Shown: positions 19,840-28,685, counted from the first letter of the stretch. The stretch is DNA of 63,296 nt from Pirellulales bacterium (GCA_044360305.1 JBIKKQ010000002.1:1-63296), one strand, 5' to 3'. Numbers and translations are program-made. The notes: generated by a model from the sequence alone, not told the origin.

Positions 19840-21170
19840 GCATCTTCGGCATCGCCTGGCGGAGCATCCGGCAGCGGGCGCTGACCAGCGGCCTGACGAT
19901 GCTCTCGTTGGCGCTGTGCGTCGCCCTCGTCGTCGCCACGCTCGTGACCGCGGGTCTCGTGCGCCGGACCTTCGCGTCGGGCACGGGCCTCGGCTACAAC
20001 ATGATCGTGGGGGCGAAGGGGAGCCCGCTCCAGCTGGTGCTCAACAGCGTCTACTACGTCAGCAAGCCGATCGAGAACATTCCCTGGAGCTTCTACGAGG
20101 AGTTCCTGCCGGCCTCGGGACGGGCTGACGGCCGCGACGGCCGCTACGCCGGCAGCGTGCAGACGGCGGTGCCGATCTGCATGGGGGACTATTACCGCGG
20201 CTACCGCGTCGTGGGCACCAACGCCGCCTACTTCGACCGGCTCACGCCCGTCAGCGGCCGGCCGTTCCGGTTCGCTGCGGGGGGCAACTTCCGCGACAAC
20301 GACTTCTTCGCCGGTGTCGTCGGGGCCACCGTGGCGGAGAGCCTCGGCCTCCGGGTCGGGGACACCTTCGCCCCGACCCACGGCGCCGACGACGGCGCGG
20401 AGCACGATCCGTTTCGCGTCGTGGGGATTCTCGACCGCACCGGCACGCCGGTCGATCGCGGCGTGTTCGTCAACATGGAGGGCTTCTATCTCCAGGAGGG
20501 GCACGCCAAGCCGCTGGCGGACGCGGACACCGAGTCCGGCGCCGGCCCGGCCCCTCCGCCCCCGCTCCCCTCGGGCTCCGCCGGCCAGCCCGCGCCCCTG
20601 CCGCTGGCGCAGCGCGAGGTGACCGCGATCCTCGTGGCCACCTCGTCGCCCCCCGGCCTGCCGGCGGAACTGACCGCCATGGGACTGCGGACGGCGATCA
20701 ACGAGGGCCGCGACGGCCAGGCGGAGTCCCCGCTGCGGGTCGTCAGCGAGCTCTTCGACCTGTTCGTCCGCCCCCTCGAGCTCCTGCTTCTGCTCGTGAC
20801 GGCGCTCGTCGTGCTCGTCTCCGCGATCGGTATCCTCGTGAGTATGGTCGGCTCGGCGCTGGAACGCAGCCGCGACGTGGCGGTGATGCGGGCCCTGGGG
20901 GCGCGGCGGACGCACGTCCTCGCGGCGGTGCTCGTCGAGGCCCTGCTGCTGGCCGTGGGGGGCGGGCTCGCCGGCTGGGTGTTGGGCCACCTGATCGTGG
21001 CCGGCATCGGGCCCTGGATCACCAGGCACACCGGTGTGGCGGTGGGGCTGCTCTCGGCGGCCCCGCTGCAGGAACTGCTCCTCGTGCCGTTCATGATCGG
21101 GGTGGCGATCCTGGCCGGCATTCTTCCGGCTCTCGCGGCCTACCGCACCGACGTCGCCAAGTGGCTCTGA
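19836..21170 (+). CDS. FtsX/MacB-type ABC permease (1 TM, large periplasmic domain, 3 TM)
   Basis: Start overlaps the ATPase stop (ATGA). N-terminal TM, about 270-aa extracytoplasmic domain, C-terminal FtsX-like 3-TM bundle (RDVAVMRALGARR...). Confidence 0.85.
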   Translation: MSIFGIAWRSIRQRALTSGLTMLSLALCVALVVATLVTAGLVRRTFASGTGLGYNMIVGAKGSPLQLVLNSVYYVSKPIENIPWSFYEEFLPASGRADGRDGRYAGSVQTAVPICMGDYYRGYRVVGTNAAYFDRLTPVSGRPFRFAAGGNFRDNDFFAGVVGATVAESLGLRVGDTFAPTHGADDGAEHDPFRVVGILDRTGTPVDRGVFVNMEGFYLQEGHAKPLADADTESGAGPAPPPPLPSGSAGQPAPLPLAQREVTAILVATSSPPGLPAELTAMGLRTAINEGRDGQAESPLRVVSELFDLFVRPLELLLLLVTALVVLVSAIGILVSMVGSALERSRDVAVMRALGARRTHVLAAVLVEALLLAVGGGLAGWVLGHLIVAGIGPWITRHTGVAVGLLSAAPLQELLLVPFMIGVAILAGILPALAAYRTDVAKWL

Positions 21171-21224
21171 CACCGGCGGCGGTTGGCGTTGCCCGTCGGC
21201 GTTGCCGGCCGCTAGAATTTCGGC

Positions 21225-22769
21225 ATGAGTCAGCTGCGGGTGTCTCTCCTGATCCGCCTCGCCGTGCTCGTCGTGGCCGGCGCCGCGGCCGTGCCGGCCC
21301 GGGCCTGCCCGTTCTGTTCGGCGGTCTCCCTGACCTTTGCACAGGAGATCGAGCAGAGCCAGGCGGCGGTGATCGCCCGGCTCGTCGAGCCGCCGCCGGC
21401 CGGGGCCCTCAAGCCGGCCGCCGACGGCCCGCTGCCCAAGGGGAAGTTTCGCGTCGAGCACGTGCTCAAGGGGGCGAACCTCGTCGCCGACGCCGGGCAC
21501 GAGGGGCCCGAGGGGAAGCCGGTCGAGGCGATCATGCTCGACGACAAGCCGGTCGGCGGACTGTTCCTGCTGTTCGGCATCGAGCCGCCGCAGCTGGTGT
21601 GGTCGAGCCCGATCAAGGTCAGCGACCGGGCGATGGCCTACCTGAAAAAACTCGAGTCGCTTCCCGCCAAGGGGCCCGACCGGCTGGCCTTCTTCCAGGA
21701 GCATCTCGAGGACGCCGATGATCCGCTGGCCCGCGACGCCTACGACGAGTTCGCGATCGCGCCCTACGAGGACGTTCGCGGACTCAAGGACCGGATGGAC
21801 CCGGCCCGGCTGCTGTCGTGGATCGAGAACCCGAAGGTCCAGGCCAACCGGCGCCGGCTCTACGCCACGATGCTCGGCGTCTGCGGCGGCGACCGCGAGG
21901 CCGGCCGGATCAGGCTGATCCTCGAGGGCGTGGGCCGCGACGGGCAGAAACTCGACCCCGAGCAGGCCGAGGTTCGCAGCGGGCTCGACGCCCTGATCGC
22001 CTGCTACGTCACGCTCGTCGGCCCGGGGGCGCTCGATCTCGTCGATCGACTGTTTCTCGACCGGCGCGGCCGCGACGTTCCCTTCGCCGAGACCTATGCC
22101 GCGGTGATGGCCCTGCGGTTCCTCGGGGAGGAGTCGGACGCGGTGCCCCGCGAGCGTCTCCTGCAATCGCTCCGGCTCCTGCTCCAGGAGCCGAAACTGG
22201 CCGACCTCGTCGTCGCCGACCTCGCCCGCTGGAAGGACTGGTCGGTCGTGCCGCAGCTCGTCGCCATCTTCAAGGACGCCAAGGACGACAACATCTTCGT
22301 CCGCGAGCCGATCGTGAACTTCCTCCGCGCCTGCCCGCTCCCCGAGGCCGCCGCCGCGATCCCGGAACTGGAGAAGATCGACCCCGAAGCGGTCCGCCGG
22401 GCGACGACGCTGGCCGGCCTCACCGGGGCGTTCGCGCCGGCCCCCAAGGCCGGCAGCAGCGACGATTCCGAGGACGAGGCCGGGGGGCCGCAACCGGCGC
22501 CCGAGCGCGATCTCAACGAGGCGGAAACCGCGTCGCAGTCCGAGCCGGCCGGCGGGGCCGGTGACGACGCCCTCCTTGCACAGCAGGTTGTGCCGGTGAA
22601 GGCCGACGAGGAGCCGACCGACCGGGAGCCCGATGCCGCGGCCGCCGTCCCGGCCACCGGGGCCGACAAGCGCTGGCTGTGGCTGATCTGGGCAGCGGCC
22701 GTGGCGGCCGTCGCGTTGGTCTCGCGGGCCGCCCTGCGGGGCGGCGGAGCCGGCCCGATCGCGCGGTAG
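21225..22769 (+). CDS. exported CPFC-motif / HEAT-like repeat protein with C-terminal TM anchor (paralog 1)
   Basis: The signal peptide ends in ARA-CPFCS. Helical-repeat C-terminal half. Acidic Pro-rich linker and terminal TM (WLWLIWAAAVAAVALV). Paralog of 27405..28565. Confidence 0.6.
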   Translation: MSQLRVSLLIRLAVLVVAGAAAVPARACPFCSAVSLTFAQEIEQSQAAVIARLVEPPPAGALKPAADGPLPKGKFRVEHVLKGANLVADAGHEGPEGKPVEAIMLDDKPVGGLFLLFGIEPPQLVWSSPIKVSDRAMAYLKKLESLPAKGPDRLAFFQEHLEDADDPLARDAYDEFAIAPYEDVRGLKDRMDPARLLSWIENPKVQANRRRLYATMLGVCGGDREAGRIRLILEGVGRDGQKLDPEQAEVRSGLDALIACYVTLVGPGALDLVDRLFLDRRGRDVPFAETYAAVMALRFLGEESDAVPRERLLQSLRLLLQEPKLADLVVADLARWKDWSVVPQLVAIFKDAKDDNIFVREPIVNFLRACPLPEAAAAIPELEKIDPEAVRRATTLAGLTGAFAPAPKAGSSDDSEDEAGGPQPAPERDLNEAETASQSEPAGGAGDDALLAQQVVPVKADEEPTDREPDAAAAVPATGADKRWLWLIWAAAVAAVALVSRAALRGGGAGPIAR

Positions 22770-22820
22770 AATCGGGGCGTCTGCCACCGCCCCTTGCCTG
22801 ACCACACCCGAGTGTGCCCC

Positions 22821-23531
22821 ATGTCCGCCGCCACCGGCTCCCCCGGCCTGTTCGACGCGCCGCTCGGCGCCAGCGGCGGTCGGCGCGACTCCGACGCCGC
22901 CGACGGCTACCGTTCCCTGTCGGGCGCGGCGATCGCCGCCGGGGTCATCTCCCTGCTCGCGCCGCTGGCGTTTCTCGACTGGTGGCTGCTCGTCCTGCCG
23001 GTCGTCGGCATGGTGCTGGGGGGCGTCGCGCTGCGGGACATCGCCCGGCGTCCCGACGTGCTCGCCGGCCGCGGCCTGGCGGTCGCGGCCGTCGGCATCG
23101 GGGCCGCGATGTTTCTCGGCGGACTCGTGTGGCAAATGCGGAGCTACGCGGCGGAACTCCCCCCCGGGTTCATGCGGATGAACTACGCCATGCTCCAGCC
23201 CCTGCCTGGTGATCCGGCGGACCTGATTCCGGAGTCGGCGGTCGCCCTCGACGGCCGCGACGTGCTGCTCAAGGGCTACATCTATCCCCCCGATCCGCCC
23301 AAGCCGAACGGAACCAGCGAGTTCCTCCTCTGCCGCGACCAGGGGGAGTGCTGCTTCGGCGGCCAGCCCAAGATCAGCGACCGTGTGCTGGTGAAGCTGG
23401 CCGACGGCGCGACGATCCACTTCTCACCGCGGTTGACCAAGGTGGCCGGGCGGTTCGCCGTCCGGCCGGTCGCCACGACGGATGTCAGCGGCGGCGTGCT
23501 CTACCACATCGAAGGCGCCCGTCTGCGCTGA
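22821..23531 (+). CDS. membrane-anchored DUF3299-like protein
   Basis: Two to three N-terminal TMs, then GYIYPP...SEFLLCRDQGECCFGGQPKISDRVLVKL...VAGRFAV, which matches my recollection of DUF3299 (EFLLVP..GACIH.PPP). ATG 22821 within track ORF 22794..23531. Confidence 0.65.
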   Translation: MSAATGSPGLFDAPLGASGGRRDSDAADGYRSLSGAAIAAGVISLLAPLAFLDWWLLVLPVVGMVLGGVALRDIARRPDVLAGRGLAVAAVGIGAAMFLGGLVWQMRSYAAELPPGFMRMNYAMLQPLPGDPADLIPESAVALDGRDVLLKGYIYPPDPPKPNGTSEFLLCRDQGECCFGGQPKISDRVLVKLADGATIHFSPRLTKVAGRFAVRPVATTDVSGGVLYHIEGARLR

Positions 23532-23545
23532 TCACGAGGACCGGG

Positions 23546-24106
23546 ATGCGGCGAGCGTCGTGCAGGGTGTGGGTCGTCGTGGTCCTCGGCCTCGTCGGCT
23601 GCGGCGGCCCGCGACCGACCGTGCCCGACCAGTCGCGGCCTGCGCCGGCCGTGCCGCCCGCTCCGGGCATCGAGTCGCCGGCTCCGGCCGCCCGGCAGCC
23701 TGAGCAGCCGCCTGGTCGGGAGTTGGCCCGGGAGCCGGCGCTGGAGATCACGTTCGACGACATCAAGCTCGACATGAAGAAGGGGGATCCGTTCACCCGC
23801 GACCTGCTTCCCAAGCGCGTGACGGAACTGGAACGTCGGCCGGTGCGGATTCGCGGCTACATCCTGCCCAGTTTCCAGCAGACCGGGATCACGCAGTTCG
23901 TGCTGGTGCGCGACAACCAGGAGTGCTGCTTCGGTCCCGGCGCGGCGCTCCACGACTGCATCGTGGTCCGGATGCGACCCGGCAGGAGCACGACCTTCTC
24001 GGTCCGGCCGGTGGCCGTAGCGGGCACGTTCCGGCTCGACGAGTTGCGCGGGCCGGACGGCAAGCATCTCGCGATCTACGCCCTCGACGGCGACGAGGTC
24101 CGGTAG
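23546..24106 (+). CDS. DUF3299-like lipoprotein
   Basis: ATG 23546 follows GAGGA. Lipobox LVGC. IRGYILPS...TQFVLVRDNQECCFGPGAALHDCIVVRM...VAGTFRL parallels the preceding gene. Confidence 0.7.
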   Translation: MRRASCRVWVVVVLGLVGCGGPRPTVPDQSRPAPAVPPAPGIESPAPAARQPEQPPGRELAREPALEITFDDIKLDMKKGDPFTRDLLPKRVTELERRPVRIRGYILPSFQQTGITQFVLVRDNQECCFGPGAALHDCIVVRMRPGRSTTFSVRPVAVAGTFRLDELRGPDGKHLAIYALDGDEVR

Positions 24107-24287
24107 GGGGCGGTCGCGATCGGCGAGGCCCTCGGCCCAACCCGCCGGCGGACGGCAGAAGTCTCGTCGCTGAGGCAAGATCGCCTCACGCTCCTCGAGC
24201 TTCCGCCGATCCGCCGGCTCCGAGAGTGGCAATAACCGTGCAAGCATCGCTTGCGTGGGAGCCGGGCTCTGCCCGGCGACCGTAAGG

Positions 24288-24368
24288 CGGAGCAGACGCT
24301 TTGTCGGCTGCGACGGCGCGAAGGCCAGCAAGCCGGAGCAGACGCTATGTCGGCTGCGACGGCGCGAA
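24288..24368. repeat. 35-nt direct repeat, 2 copies separated by 11 nt
   Basis: CGGAGCAGACGCT(T/A)TGTCGGCTGCGACGGCGCGAA at 24288-24322 and 24334-24368 (1 mismatch), in a 372-nt intergenic region. Confidence 0.85.
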
Positions 24369-24478
24369 AATCGCCGCAAAATTCACTCTAGCGGCGCCGG
24401 CTTGGTATCATCCTCCCGCGGCGTGGCGGCCCGCGGCGGGCCGCGTTGCATCCACGCCGCTGCCGTTGCGAGATTCCG

Positions 24479-25282
24479 ATGCTCCCCTCGGTCGAAGATT
24501 TCTACTGGCTCTACGACCTGCCGACGTTGAAGGCGACGGGGCTGTTCGTCCTGGCCTTCGTCGGCTTCTACTGGGTCGGGTCGATTTTCTTTCGCCCCTT
24601 GTTGCGGCAGTTCGTCCGCAATACGCCGGGCCAGAACGACATCGTCGGCTACGTGCTCTCCTGCTTCTGCGTGTTCTACGGCCTGCTCCTCGGCCTGATC
24701 GCCGTCACCGCCTACCAGAACGTCTCCGACGCCGGCCAAAACGTGACCCGCGAGGCGGCCGCGCTGTCGGCGCTCTACGAGGACATCTCCCGCTATCCGG
24801 AGCCGCACGGCCAGAACCTGCGCTGGCTGCTCCGCGACTACACCCGCTACGTGATCAACTACGCCTGGCCGCTGCAGCGTGAGGGCATCGTCCCCGAGGA
24901 GGGCACGATCCGGGCGGAGGCATTTCACGAAAAATTGCTCGAGTTCCAGCCGCGGACGCCGGCCGAGGAGATCGTTCACGCCGAGGCCCTGCGGCAGTTC
25001 AACAACTTCCTCGAAGCCCGGCGGATGCGGCTGTATTCGGTCAACTCCTCGCTGCCGCCGTCGATGTGGTACGTGATGCTGCTCGGGGCCGTGCTCAACA
25101 TGGCGATCTGCTGGCTGTTCGACATGAGGTTCATCACCCAGCTCGTGCTCGGCGGGATCCTCGCCGCCTACCTGGGCGTGATGATGCACCTGATCTTCGA
25201 CATGAACCAGCCGTTCCGCGGCGACGTCAGCATCACGGCGGAGCCGTTCGAGGTTCTCTACAAGCGGATGAACGAGGAATGA
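24479..25282 (+). CDS. DUF4239-like membrane protein (paralog 2)
   Basis: Same architecture and conserved blocks as 8348..9169. ATG 24479; the track start at 24446 is a TTG. Confidence 0.7.
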   Translation: MLPSVEDFYWLYDLPTLKATGLFVLAFVGFYWVGSIFFRPLLRQFVRNTPGQNDIVGYVLSCFCVFYGLLLGLIAVTAYQNVSDAGQNVTREAAALSALYEDISRYPEPHGQNLRWLLRDYTRYVINYAWPLQREGIVPEEGTIRAEAFHEKLLEFQPRTPAEEIVHAEALRQFNNFLEARRMRLYSVNSSLPPSMWYVMLLGAVLNMAICWLFDMRFITQLVLGGILAAYLGVMMHLIFDMNQPFRGDVSITAEPFEVLYKRMNEE

Positions 25283-26610
25283 CAGCGTCGCCATCGAACC
25301 GGCCCGCGGCCGTGGATCCGCGGATCACCCGCCGGGGGGCGGTCGCGCGGAGCGCAGCCGCCACGCTCGCCGCCGCGCGGGTGCTGGCCCCGGGCATGTT
25401 CGTCGGCTGCTCGCTCGGCATCCCGCCGCGGCAGTCCGAGGTCATGCTCGGCCTGCTCCACTCGCAGACCGGGCCGCTGGGGATCAGCGCCACCGGGCTC
25501 CGCGACATCGAGCTCCACGCCGTGGAGACGATCAACGCCGCCGGCGGAATCCTTGGCCGGAAGGTCGTCACCCGGGCCCCCAATCCCCGCTCCCGGCCGG
25601 AACTGTTCGTGAAGCGGGCCCGGCAGCTGCTCGAGGCCGATCCGGTGGCCGTGTTCGGCTGCTGGACGAGCACCAGCCGCAAGGCCGTGCTGCCAATCTT
25701 CGAGGAAGCAGAGAAGCTCCTCCTCTACTCGGTGCAGTACGAGGGGAACGAGTCGTCGAAGTACTGCGTCTACGGGGGGATGGTGCCGAACCAGCAGATC
25801 ATCCCGGCGCTCGACTGGCTGCTCGGCGCGGAGGGGGGCGGGAAGAAAAAAATCTTCCTCGTCGGATCGGACTACATCTTCCCGCGAACCGCCAATTTCA
25901 TCGCCAAGAAGTACCTCAAGTCGAAGGGGCTGGCGGTCGTCGGCGAGGCCTACGTGCCGCTCGGCGACCGGGACTTTTCCACGGTCGTGAAATACGTGCA
26001 GGCGAGCGGCGCCGACTGCGTGCTGAACACCGTCAACGGCGACTCGAATCTCGGCCTGTTCGCCGCCCTCGCCGCCGCGCAGGTCGATCCGGCCAAGGTG
26101 CCGGTGCTCTCCACGAGCATCGCCGAGGACGAACTCCGCGGCCTGCTGCCGGCGCAGGTCAAGGGGCACCTCGCCGTGTCGTGCTACTTCCAGAGCCTCG
26201 ACACGCCGGCCAACAAGGCCTGGGTGCAGGGGTTCCGCGACGCCTTCGGCTTCGACCGCGTGACCGGCGACCCGATGGAGCCCGACTGGTGCCTCCTGCA
26301 CCTGTGGAAGAAGGCCGTGGAGAAGGCGGGCTCGTTCGAGACCGAGGCGGTGCGGCAGGCGTTCCGCGACGGCCTCGAGTTCGCCGGTCCGGGCGGGGCG
26401 GTGCGGCTCGACCCGCGGACCCAGCACACGACGAAGTACTGCCGCATCGGCCGGATCCGCGCCGACCGGCAGTTCGACATCATCCACGACTCGGGCGTCC
26501 CCATCGCCCCGGATCCTTACCCCGAGATCGCCTTCCCCGGCTGGTCGGTGGACTGGACGAAGGGGGGCGTCACCCGCGGCGCGGAGGTGGACATCCATGG
26601 CGACGTTTGA
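25279..26610 (+). CDS. Tat-exported UrtA/AmiC-like periplasmic solute-binding (lipo)protein, orphan
   Basis: Twin-arginine signal RITRRGAV and FVGC lipobox. GLLHSQTGPLGIS, VFGCWTSTSRKAVLPIFEE, YSVQYEGNESS, PNQQIIPALDWL and GSDYIFPRTAN closely resemble UrtA/AmiC type-1 PBPs. Start overlaps the upstream stop (ATGA). Confidence 0.85.
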   Translation: MTASPSNRPAAVDPRITRRGAVARSAAATLAAARVLAPGMFVGCSLGIPPRQSEVMLGLLHSQTGPLGISATGLRDIELHAVETINAAGGILGRKVVTRAPNPRSRPELFVKRARQLLEADPVAVFGCWTSTSRKAVLPIFEEAEKLLLYSVQYEGNESSKYCVYGGMVPNQQIIPALDWLLGAEGGGKKKIFLVGSDYIFPRTANFIAKKYLKSKGLAVVGEAYVPLGDRDFSTVVKYVQASGADCVLNTVNGDSNLGLFAALAAAQVDPAKVPVLSTSIAEDELRGLLPAQVKGHLAVSCYFQSLDTPANKAWVQGFRDAFGFDRVTGDPMEPDWCLLHLWKKAVEKAGSFETEAVRQAFRDGLEFAGPGGAVRLDPRTQHTTKYCRIGRIRADRQFDIIHDSGVPIAPDPYPEIAFPGWSVDWTKGGVTRGAEVDIHGDV

Positions 26611-27268
26611 GGTCGAGTCGAGCGAGGGCATGCGCTGGGTCCGCGTCGATCTCGACGACGACGACGTGCGCACGGAGCGCGGGGCGCTCAACCACATGCA
26701 GGGCGCGATCCGGATGGACGTGCCGTTTCCGACGCTCCAGGCCTGGTGGGTGTCGCTGTTCTCCGACGAGTCGCCGATCCGGCCCCGGTACTCGGGCACG
26801 GGAAGCGTCTGGCTGGACTCGACGCTCGGCGGCTATCAGGTGATGCGGATCAAGCAGGGTGAACGCTGGATCCTCGACACCCGCTGCTACTGGGCCAGCG
26901 ACGGCGAGGTTCGGCTGGCGATCCACCGCGAGTCGATGTGGACGTCGTGGTGGGCCGACCAGGGCCTGTTCTGGTACAAGACCGCGCTCACCGGGACGGG
27001 CCAGGTGGTGCTGGCGGTGGACGGTCCGGTGGAGGAGGTGGAGCTCAAAAACGACCGCCTCATCACCGACGGGGCGTTCGTGGTCGCCCGCACGGATGGC
27101 ATCCGGCTGCGGATCCGTCGCCCCGCCCGGTCGTTCATCAGTTCCTGGATGTCGGGGCAGAAACTCGCCCAGTCCTACGAGGGCACCGGCCGGCTCCTGC
27201 TCTGCACGGTGCCCTATTGGCGGCAGCGGATGCAGCGCGAGCGGAACTTCGACCCGATGTACGCCTGA
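26597..27268 (+). CDS. AIM24-family protein (DUF124/TIGR00266-like)
   Basis: ATG 26597 lies 9 nt after GGAGG and overlaps the PBP gene by 14 nt. All-beta product; blocks GALNHMQGAIRMD, GTGSVWLDS, VLAVDGPVEEVEL and GTGRLLLCT fit AIM24. Confidence 0.8.
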   Translation: MATFEVESSEGMRWVRVDLDDDDVRTERGALNHMQGAIRMDVPFPTLQAWWVSLFSDESPIRPRYSGTGSVWLDSTLGGYQVMRIKQGERWILDTRCYWASDGEVRLAIHRESMWTSWWADQGLFWYKTALTGTGQVVLAVDGPVEEVELKNDRLITDGAFVVARTDGIRLRIRRPARSFISSWMSGQKLAQSYEGTGRLLLCTVPYWRQRMQRERNFDPMYA

Positions 27269-27404
27269 CCGAACGACGGGGACAGGAGCGGGTCGTGGGG
27301 CTGTACGGCCGCCACGGCCCGCGCCGCCGACGGCCGCCCACGCTCCATGTCGGCTCGGTTTGCCCGGCCGTGTGATCCGGTTCAGGGAGGGTACGATCGA
27401 CGGG

Positions 27405-28565
27405 ATGCCCGGTGATCCATCCACACCGCTCGCCCCGCGCCGTGTCGCCGGCGGTCTTGTGGTCGTCGCGATGCTTGCGGCCACGGCCGTGGCCTGTCCG
27501 TTTTGCGGTGTCGTCGGCCGATCGCTCGCCGAGCGCCGTGATACCGCCGCCGTCACGGCGGTCGGTGAGGCTGCCGGGCCGGCGGCCCGTGGCAGCGACG
27601 GGCTTTTGGAACAGCCCTTCATCCTCCGGCAGACGATTCGTGGTCCGCTCCCCGGCGGCAACGCCCCCGTGACGGCGCGGGTCGAGGGAGCGGTCGAGGG
27701 GTTTGCCGTGCTGTTTGGCGCGGGGCCGCGGGCCGGCGCGGCGGACCGCTGGGAGGCGATCGCCGCCGACGAGGCCCTGCTCGCGCACGTGGCCGCCGCC
27801 CCGGCGACGACGCGGCCGGCGGCTGAGCGGCTCGCCTGGTTTGCGGCGCGGCTCGAGCATCCCGACCGGCCGATCGCCGACGACGCGTTCACGGAATTCG
27901 GGCTCGCCCCGTTCGCGGCGGTCCGCGACGCGGCGGGCGGATTCGACGCCGGCAAACTCGGGGCCTGGGTGGTCGATCCCGGCATCGACCAGCGTCGGCG
28001 TGGTTTTTACGGTCTCGCCCTCGGGCTGGTGGCGGTCCGCGAGCGGGACGCGGCGATGCGGGCCCGACTGACCGCGGTCCTGCGCGGGGCGATCGACCGT
28101 CCCGGGACCGACGTGCGCGCGGGATTCGACGGTCTCCTGGCCGGCCTGCTCGTGGCCGAGGGTGGCGGCGGTCTCGACTGGATCGTCGGCCGCGGACTGT
28201 GCAGCCCCGAGACGCGGGCCGGGGACGCCCGGCACGCGCTGGCGGCGCTGCGGTTCGCGTGGGAGCAGTTGGCCGAGACGGTGCCGCGGGACGCCGTGGC
28301 CCGGGCCACCGGCGGGCTCGTGGACAACCCCGCGGTGGCCGCCGACGCCGTGGTCGATCTGGCCCGGTACCAGGCCTGGGATGCCGTGGACGCGGTGGCG
28401 GCGGCCTGGGGCCGGTTCGGCGGCGATGATCCGCTCGTGAGGCGGGCGGTGGCCGGCTACCTGGCTGCCTGTCCCCTGCCGGCGGCCCGGGCCCATTTGG
28501 ACCGGCTTCGGCAGGCTGAGCCGGACCGGCTTCGGCAGGCCCTCGAAGCCGCTGCCCTCCGCTAA
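27405..28565 (+). CDS. exported CPFC-motif / HEAT-like repeat protein (paralog 2)
   Basis: The signal peptide ends in AVA-CPFCG. Blocks DDAFTEFGLAPFAAVRD and YLAACPLPAARAHLDRLRQAEPDRLRQA align with DAYDEFAIAPYEDVRG and FLRACPLPEAAAAIPELEKIDPEAVRRA of 21225..22769. It is the tail of track ORF 26859..28565. Confidence 0.6.
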   Translation: MPGDPSTPLAPRRVAGGLVVVAMLAATAVACPFCGVVGRSLAERRDTAAVTAVGEAAGPAARGSDGLLEQPFILRQTIRGPLPGGNAPVTARVEGAVEGFAVLFGAGPRAGAADRWEAIAADEALLAHVAAAPATTRPAAERLAWFAARLEHPDRPIADDAFTEFGLAPFAAVRDAAGGFDAGKLGAWVVDPGIDQRRRGFYGLALGLVAVRERDAAMRARLTAVLRGAIDRPGTDVRAGFDGLLAGLLVAEGGGGLDWIVGRGLCSPETRAGDARHALAALRFAWEQLAETVPRDAVARATGGLVDNPAVAADAVVDLARYQAWDAVDAVAAAWGRFGGDDPLVRRAVAGYLAACPLPAARAHLDRLRQAEPDRLRQALEAAALR

Positions 28566-28609
28566 TCGCCCGCGAAAACGCGATGCCCGCCCCAAAAAGC
28601 GCCCCCAGA

Positions 28610-28685
28610 AGGACAGGCACGATCCAGGCCGCCCGGGGAAAAAGGACAGGCATAATTCCGGTCCCCCGAACGCAACGGGACAGGC
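28610..28685 (+). promoter_or_regulatory. three phased GGACAGGCA motifs in the MoxR-operon leader
   Basis: GGACAGGCA at 28610-28618, 28643-28651 and 28677-28685, spaced 33 and 34 nt (about three helical turns). The 369-nt leader looks locally less GC-rich. Confidence 0.5.

Noticed and set aside
19686-23420. 1244-aa minus-strand ORF spanning the ABC/CPFC/DUF3299 cluster. Similar very long shadow ORFs: 35073..38585 (-), 43939..46371 (-), 2348..4141 (-), 32591..34714 (-), 51403..53805 (+), 53619..55745 (-), 49137..50738 (+).
   Set aside because: All are extremely Arg/Gly/Pro/Ala/His/Asp-rich with no recognisable motifs. Each lies antisense or out of frame to genes with clear family signatures and GC3-biased codons. 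These are classic stop-codon-poor shadow frames of a ~70 % GC genome.
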